Shown one piece after another: positions 7,748-11,691 of a stretch of 11,691 nucleotides of DNA. Positions within the stretch are counted from its first letter, which is position 1. The number at the start of each line of letters is the position of its first letter. A model generated the notes under the pieces. The model was not told where the DNA came from, did not search any database, and saw only the letters and a list, made by a program, of their open reading frames with translations. A program made the translations under genes and the position numbers. Source of the DNA: a virus (taxonomy: Duplodnaviria; Heunggongvirae; Uroviricota; Caudoviricetes); IMG/VR virus record IMGVR_UViG_3300011952_000006. One strand, 5' to 3'.

Positions 7748-8615
7748 TTGTCACCCCCATTGATATGCAGGGTGTCTTCTTCCTGTATTTTTCGTGAAGG
7801 ATTTTTACTGCAGCGTTGTTCCAGGTGACCTGATGGTGAATGCGTTTATGGCTGGCACCCATCAGTGAGATTTTTACGCACGACGGCGCATACATGACGG
7901 AGTAAAAACTTTTAACGTAGGTTCCGGAATCCAGATACAGCTCGGTCATTCCGCCGCTGTTTTTCTGCGTCTGTTTCTGCCCTAACTGGACAGCACCGAT
8001 CGTCATAAACAATTCACCACAGCGACCGAGATTCGTGTACGTATTCACATCCTCGTTAATGCGCCCCATGAATGAGAACGGTCGATCAACCGAACAGATA
8101 AAGCTGTTCATTGCCTTGCGTTTCACCCACGAAGCATGGCCGCCATTGTCACCAAGAAAATCCCCGCCCTGCGACATAGCGATGGAAAGAGCAGGTATTG
8201 ATTCGTAGTACGCCAGCATTTCAGAAAGGATCGCATCCAGTTTCCTTATCGGAAAATAGGCCTGGTCATAGTTGCGATCCACCCGAAACTGGAACTCGTG
8301 ATAATCATCATCGAGCTGAATGAAGTATTTACACCCGACCAGTTTTGCCAGGTCGAAACAGGCATTACGGGCGTAAAAAATTGAGCGGCGGTCACAGAAA
8401 TTATCGGCTTCGTCAAAACGACTGGCGATATCGGCTTTGGAAAACACCAGCACCTGTTCACCAAATTCAGCCATGTACTGATGCCGTGTCTTATCTTCAT
8501 CATCAACAACGATAAAAATTTTCCCGGTATAGCCAGCACGACGCAACGTCCGGTAAGTCAGAACTTTGTCCGGTCGCCCGTGAGTCAGAATAAAGGCGCA
8601 AAAATCATCACGCAT
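7683..8615 (-). CDS. Soluble GT-A-fold (nucleotide-diphospho-sugar transferase superfamily) glycosyltransferase-like protein, about 310 aa from MRDDFCAF...
   Basis: ORF track 7683..8636; start trimmed to ATG 8615..8613, 3 nt after a strong GAGGAGGAGG RBS. N-terminal strand-turn pattern FILTHGRPDKV...GKIFIVVDDED resembles the GT2 signature (xIPTYNRPxxL...IVVDDGS); ARNAC..LAKLVGCKYFIQLDDDYHEF gives a DxD-like motif. No hydrophobic TM segments. No methyltransferase motifs (DPPY/NPPY, FxGxG). Confidence 0.6.
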   Translation of the reverse strand: MRDDFCAFILTHGRPDKVLTYRTLRRAGYTGKIFIVVDDEDKTRHQYMAEFGEQVLVFSKADIASRFDEADNFCDRRSIFYARNACFDLAKLVGCKYFIQLDDDYHEFQFRVDRNYDQAYFPIRKLDAILSEMLAYYESIPALSIAMSQGGDFLGDNGGHASWVKRKAMNSFICSVDRPFSFMGRINEDVNTYTNLGRCGELFMTIGAVQLGQKQTQKNSGGMTELYLDSGTYVKSFYSVMYAPSCVKISLMGASHKRIHHQVTWNNAAVKILHEKYRKKTPCISMGVTNDSVFESRVSGSVPDDCTTNR

Positions 8616-9353
8616 ATTCCTCCTCCTCACCACCATGCATGATCTCCACCATGCGCTGCGTCATCCGGACAAATCCATTTTCAATAGCCTGCTGATAATC
8701 AATGATCACCAGCGCCGACTCCTCGAAAAAACACTGAATTTCAGAGGGGGCGTGAGCGTAATAGTCCGCAATTCTGCTGAAATTAAACACCGTGNNNNNN
8801 NNNNACGTATCCGGCTGATCAGCTCCTGAGTTTTCGTATCGTCGTACAGTTCACTGATATCCGGTTTACCGCCCGACGGCTCATAAACAGGCGTATCAAT
8901 TTTCGTCGTATACGGCTCCTCCTCATTTCCTGTACCGGGCAAAACATCCGTCAACAGTTCATCAATTTCTGTCGGGATGAAGCCTGTCAGGGAGACATCA
9001 AAATCAGCATTGATTAGGTCCGACAGCTCCATCCGCAACAGATCTTCATCCCAGCCAGCATTCATCGGCAGGCGATTATCTGCCAGGCGGTACGCCTTTT
9101 TCTGCTCATCCGTCAGGCCAGACAGAACAATGACCGGAACAGAATCCATTTTGAGCATTTCAGCCGCCATAACACGACCGTGACCCGCAATAATTTCGCC
9201 CTTTTCATCAATCAGCACCGGATTAGTCCAGCCGAATTGCTTAATACTTTCTACCAGTTGTGCCACCTGCTCAGGGCTGTGTGTCCTGGCATTGTGTGCA
9301 TACGGAGACAGTTCTTGTAACGGGCGATAGACGATCTTCAATTTCTCGCTCAT
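8608..9353 (-). CDS. ParB/Srx-like N-terminal (nuclease-type) domain protein with an uncharacterised C-terminal region; interrupted by a 10-N assembly gap
   Basis: ORF track 8706..9353; ATG 9353..9351 with GAGG RBS. N-terminal ParB/Srx-type motifs (YAHNARTHSPEQV, IIAGHGRVMAAEML). The frame that is open from the gap down to stop 8610..8608 (ORF track 8608..8790, opening with GTG next to the gap) is the likely true C-terminus, ...MHGGEEEEYA. The stop overlaps the downstream glycosyltransferase-like start as ATGCGTGA. Confidence 0.7.
8795..8804. other. Assembly gap (10 N) inside the ParB-like gene
   Basis: Run of N characters; true length unknown, so frame continuity across it cannot be assessed. 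Confidence 0.95.
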
Positions 9354-9378
9354 ACAGCCTCGCTTTATGAATAAAAAA

Positions 9379-9415
9379 GCCCGCTATCGGCCAGTGCGCT
9401 GGGTGCGCGGCGGGT
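9379..9415 (-). terminator. Structured element with U-tract (terminator-like or attenuator-like) about 20 nt upstream of the ParB-like gene start
   Basis: Minus-strand RNA: outer stem CCCGC/GCGGG (plus 9380..9384 with 9410..9414) enclosing an inner CCAG-ugcg-CUGG hairpin, followed by UUUUUUAUU (plus A-run 9373..9378). Not a textbook simple hairpin. Confidence 0.35.
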
Positions 9416-9476
9416 GCCGATGACGAGCTTTGGCATTATCGCAGCCCCTCGCAGTGAAGAGCTGCTGTAATGCCTG

Positions 9477-9584
9477 TTACTCACGAATCAAACGAGCATG
9501 CTGACCACTCATTTCAATGCGTAAGTATTGTGGTTTGCCGTCAATCAACGCAGTGATTAACTTGTCACCTGTAGGTTTCCACAT
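9477..9584 (-). CDS. Small hypothetical protein, 35 aa (MWKPTGDKLITALIDGKPQYLRIEMSGQHARLIRE)
   Basis: Found by hand, absent from the ORF track (too short). ATG 9584..9582 preceded by strong RBS CAGGAG with 7 nt spacing (caggagaaaattATG). Stop TAA 9479..9477, followed by a 12 bp interrupted hairpin (plus 9432..9474). Confidence 0.4.
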   Translation of the reverse strand: MWKPTGDKLITALIDGKPQYLRIEMSGQHARLIRE

Positions 9585-9883
9585 AATTTTCTCCTGTTTT
9601 AATGCCCCTTGCCGCCGGGCAGTTGATCAAATTTCATCTTGATTCGGCAAGATTTAGAATGAATAAGATAAAATTAGCACACGCAGCAGAATTTCATGCT
9701 TTCCGGACGCTGGCGCACCCTTCATTTTTCAGCAAAATATTCTGCTCTTACAGGCGATCAGTTCTGCATACACTGCCGGACACTATCAACAATTTCGCAG
9801 ACCTGAGAAGCTGTATCGAAAAGCTGGCGCGCCTTATCCAAGCTGACGCACCCCACCAATAAAAAAGGCACCAGTATCGCTAC

Positions 9884-9977
9884 NNNNNNNNNNNNNNNNN
9901 NNNNNNNNNNNNNNNNNNNNNNNNNNNNNNNNNNNNNNNNNNNNNNNNNNNNNNNNNNNNNNNNNNNNNNNNNNNNN
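9884..9977. other. Assembly gap (94 N)
   Basis: Run of N characters interrupting a minus-strand gene; missing sequence of unknown content. Confidence 0.95.
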
Positions 9978-10082
9978 ACGCACAGCCCAAATCAGAACAG
10001 CGACCGCCACAAGGCGAATTGCAAAGGCCGCAGCCCTTGTCAAATCAAGGCTCGCGGGAGTTTCCACTTCAATACCTTTCAT
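9978..10082 (-). CDS. N-terminal fragment of a membrane-anchored protein (MKGIEVETPASLDLTRAAAFAIRLVAVAVLIWAVR...), truncated by the gap; possibly an i-spanin
   Basis: ATG 10082..10080 with GAGG about 9 nt upstream; a short polar N-terminus followed by one hydrophobic helix, the usual i-spanin (Rz-like) N-terminal architecture. The ORF track extends this frame from a GTG at 10142 to 9834 through the gap. Confidence 0.35.
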
Positions 10083-10170
10083 AATGGACAACCTCAAAAA
10101 GAATCTTTTATACTTTCCCACGAGGATTTTCTCCGTACTCACTACTCACAATTTCCTCTTTGACGTGAAA

Positions 10171-10210
10171 ACTAAAAACTCCGGACTGTTCCAGCAGCCG
10201 GGGTTTTTGC
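10171..10210. terminator. Putative bidirectional rho-independent terminator downstream of the endolysin gene
   Basis: Interrupted GC-rich hairpin CCGG-A-CUG-uuccag-CAG-CCGG (plus 10182..10202), flanked by an A-run 5-prime (10174..10180) and a T-run 3-prime (10205..10209), so each strand has a hairpin followed by a U-tract. Stem is imperfect (1 nt bulge). Confidence 0.4.
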
Positions 10211-10308
10211 TATCTGATGCTTGATGCTGTACCCCTTACTTTCACTCATCGTAACCCCAGAAAAGAGCCTGCGTGAGTTGAGGGTGTTCAGCACTTCAGC
10301 GTCAGTTT

Positions 10309-10854
10309 TTAAACTGCTACGCGCACTTTCATCCAGCCGTAGACAAACGACTCGTTGGCCTCGCGTTTTTCTGCCAGCTCCAGATAGCGGTCGCCCTGCG
10401 TGCAATTCAGCGCCTTCAGCATCACCAGTTCGCCGTCTTTGCCGCGTTTTTGCAGATAAGTCCGTAGTGCATTAATCGTGCGGGGGCCGATACGCCCGTC
10501 TGCGTCCATATCCGGGAACAATTTGCCTTGCAGGTTGAAAACGTTCAGCCAGCGTTGGAGCATTTTCGATGCTACGGACGGCCCCATATTCACACCGGTA
10601 TCACACAACTCTGCAGCAATATCAGAGGATAATGCGGCCACCTGATCAAAGCGTGGTCCGAACCAGTAATCCGCCTCAAGGATTTCCAGCGCCTGTTCGC
10701 GTGTCAGGTCACGCATATCGCCCTGATATCCGTGAGCGCGGGCGACTTTTTCCGTAATACCCCATTTTGTCGGTCCGCCTTTATCATCCGGGTGATTGAC
10801 GTAACCGCCCTCTTTTCCCAGAACTTCGTCAAAAATTTCATCTTTCGACTTCAT
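10309..10854 (-). CDS. Endolysin: GH108-family lysozyme-like N-terminal domain with a C-terminal peptidoglycan-binding domain
   Basis: GH108-type signature near the N-terminus (EGGYVNHPDDKGGPTKWGIT). ORF track 10309..10875; start trimmed to ATG 10854..10852 (MKSKDEIF), giving a TGA-t-ATG junction with the upstream membrane-protein gene. Confidence 0.85.
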   Translation of the reverse strand: MKSKDEIFDEVLGKEGGYVNHPDDKGGPTKWGITEKVARAHGYQGDMRDLTREQALEILEADYWFGPRFDQVAALSSDIAAELCDTGVNMGPSVASKMLQRWLNVFNLQGKLFPDMDADGRIGPRTINALRTYLQKRGKDGELVMLKALNCTQGDRYLELAEKREANESFVYGWMKVRVAV

Positions 10855-10855
10855 A

Positions 10856-11134
10856 TCAGCGCCTTCGTAATACAAAGATTTTTGAAACGTTCCCGCGTGC
10901 GCGAATCACCAACACGCAGAACAGCAGATTAAGCCCCACCGCCAGCCAGTTCGCCGCTAACGGGCGACCGCACAGATAGCTGAGTGGTGCAAAGGCATAA
11001 AGCAGCATCAGCAGCCAAGCCAGCCATGACATCAGCGGTTTATGTCTGGAATCACGGCGACGATAAAAAAAGAGCGTCAGCACAATAACCGTGCATAACG
11101 CCACATTCAGCAGGCCGGGAAGGTTACTTAACAT
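10856..11134 (-). CDS. Small membrane protein of the lysis cassette (holin- or antiholin-like, 92 aa, about 3 predicted TM helices)
   Basis: MLSNLPGLLNVALCTVIVLTLFFYRRRDSRHKPLMSWLAWLLMLLYAFAPLSYL...VSKIFVLRRR. ATG 11134..11132 directly preceded by GGAGGAGG; lies between the holin and the endolysin; basic C-terminus. Confidence 0.6.
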   Translation of the reverse strand: MLSNLPGLLNVALCTVIVLTLFFYRRRDSRHKPLMSWLAWLLMLLYAFAPLSYLCGRPLAANWLAVGLNLLFCVLVIRARGNVSKIFVLRRR

Positions 11135-11479
11135 TGCCACCTCCTCCGCCCCGCAGGCGGGAGAACAGACCGGACACCAGTGATGCGATATCCTGCTGGT
11201 GGATGANNNNNNNNNNGCATCTGCCGATGTACCGTCATAACCTGTTTTTGCCGCTATCCAGGCTGACAGCACACGCGCTCCCAGCACGCCGATAATGAAC
11301 GACACCAGAAAATGCGCCGCCACACGCCAGGCTGAAAGCGCCTGCGGCATCGTTGCCACAAATAACGCCCCGGCGAACGCACCAAACACAATCCCGAAAT
11401 CCGTTCCGGTAAACAGCCCGAATACCGTCGCCCCGCCGAGCGCCACAGCCGTGCCGGAACCGGATAAGGGTTCAGACAT
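11128..11479 (-). CDS. Holin (class I-like, 3 predicted TM helices), interrupted by a 10-N gap
   Basis: ATG 11479..11477 with AGGAG RBS (caggagaaaaaagtATG). N-terminal part MSEPLSGSGTAVALGGATVFGLFTGTDFGIVFGAFAGALFVATMPQALSAWRVAAHFLVSFIIGVLGARVLSAWIAAKTGYDGTSAD. After the gap the most protein-like frame ends ...GVRSVLPPAGRRRWQC with TAA 11130..11128 overlapping the next gene's ATG. The ORF-track extension to 11602 is probably spurious. Confidence 0.6.
11207..11216. other. Assembly gap (10 N) inside the holin gene
   Basis: Run of N characters; length unknown. Confidence 0.95.
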
Positions 11480-11493
11480 ACTTTTTTCTCCTG

Positions 11494-11520
11494 TAAATAA
11501 AAAAGGGCCACCAGCGACCC
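11494..11520 (-). terminator. tR-prime-like terminator immediately upstream of the holin gene
   Basis: Minus-strand RNA: GGGUC-gcuggu-GGCCC (5 bp stem including one G-U; plus 11505..11520) followed by UUUUUUAUUU, ending about 15 nt before the holin RBS. The stem is short, so the call is tentative. Confidence 0.45.
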
Positions 11521-11691
11521 GTAAAAACACCCCGTCAAAAGCACCGGCATCCGCAGATGCCCTTTGCGTGGCGTTATTTGATGCGCACCAGATGTGGCGC
11601 AAAGAAATGAAATAAGACTTATCGGAAATTAAGGTTAATTTGAGGATTTAAACCACTTCTGAAGCTTAGTAGTATGAACATGTCCCCGGAA

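Noticed and set aside
8246-8539. 97-aa minus-strand ORF inside the glycosyltransferase-like gene
   Set aside because: Embedded alternate frame; no start context.
7683-8636. The glycosyltransferase-like gene as a GtrB-type bactoprenol glucosyltransferase (O-antigen seroconversion)
   Set aside because: GtrB proteins have C-terminal transmembrane helices and are flanked by gtrA and gtrC; this protein has no hydrophobic helices and no such neighbours.
8608-9353. The ParB-like gene as a plasmid or chromosome partition protein
   Set aside because: No parA-like ATPase or parS-like repeats nearby; the context is a phage late operon, where ParB/Srx-like domains are associated with nucleic-acid-modifying modules rather than partition.
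9602-9862. 86-aa plus-strand ORF in the region between the small ORF and the 94-N gap
   Set aside because: No RBS at either candidate ATG, poor codon composition, and it overlaps the apparent upstream region of minus-strand genes. Cannot be fully excluded as a plus-strand moron.
10172-10405. 77-aa minus-strand ORF overlapping the 3-prime end of the endolysin gene
   Set aside because: Different frame overlapping the endolysin, no RBS, Arg/Ser-rich low-complexity composition; not spanin-like (no TM helix or lipobox).
10856-11602. Single 248-aa ORF spanning the holin, the gap and the second membrane protein
   Set aside because: It is an artefact of reading through the 10-N gap in one frame. 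Start-codon and RBS evidence supports two separate genes (holin from 11479; second membrane protein from 11134), and the ORF-track frame between the gap and 11134 (…SSTSRISHHWCPVCSPACGAEEVA) does not look like real protein.
11295-11615. 106-aa plus-strand ORF antisense to the holin gene
   Set aside because: Antisense shadow of a GC-rich membrane-protein gene (Ala/Pro-rich translation); no RBS.
1-11691. tRNA genes, attachment sites, integrase or IS elements
   Set aside because: No cloverleaf-like tRNA candidates, integrase or transposase-like ORFs, or terminal inverted repeats were found; the window appears internal to the prophage.

Overview
All supported genes are on the minus strand and together form the late region of a lambdoid-type enterobacterial prophage. 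Reading right to left: a tR-prime-like terminator, a lysis cassette (holin, second small membrane protein, GH108-type endolysin), a gap-disrupted membrane-protein gene, a 35-codon ORF, a ParB/Srx-like protein translationally coupled to a soluble GT-A-fold glycosyltransferase-like protein, a small HTH protein, then an SPP1/PBSX-like packaging and head module (TerS, TerL, portal, Mu-F-like minor head protein, scaffold, major capsid, small ORF, partial head-tail connector). The most interesting candidate is the ParB-like/glycosyltransferase-like pair sitting just upstream of the terminase genes, a possible DNA- or protein-modification moron. Three N-runs (8795-8804, 9884-9977, 11207-11216) are assembly gaps, so gene models crossing them are uncertain. 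No tRNA, rRNA, CRISPR array, integrase or IS element was seen. All calls rest on reading the sequence and the supplied ORF translations plus remembered family motifs; no database search was run.
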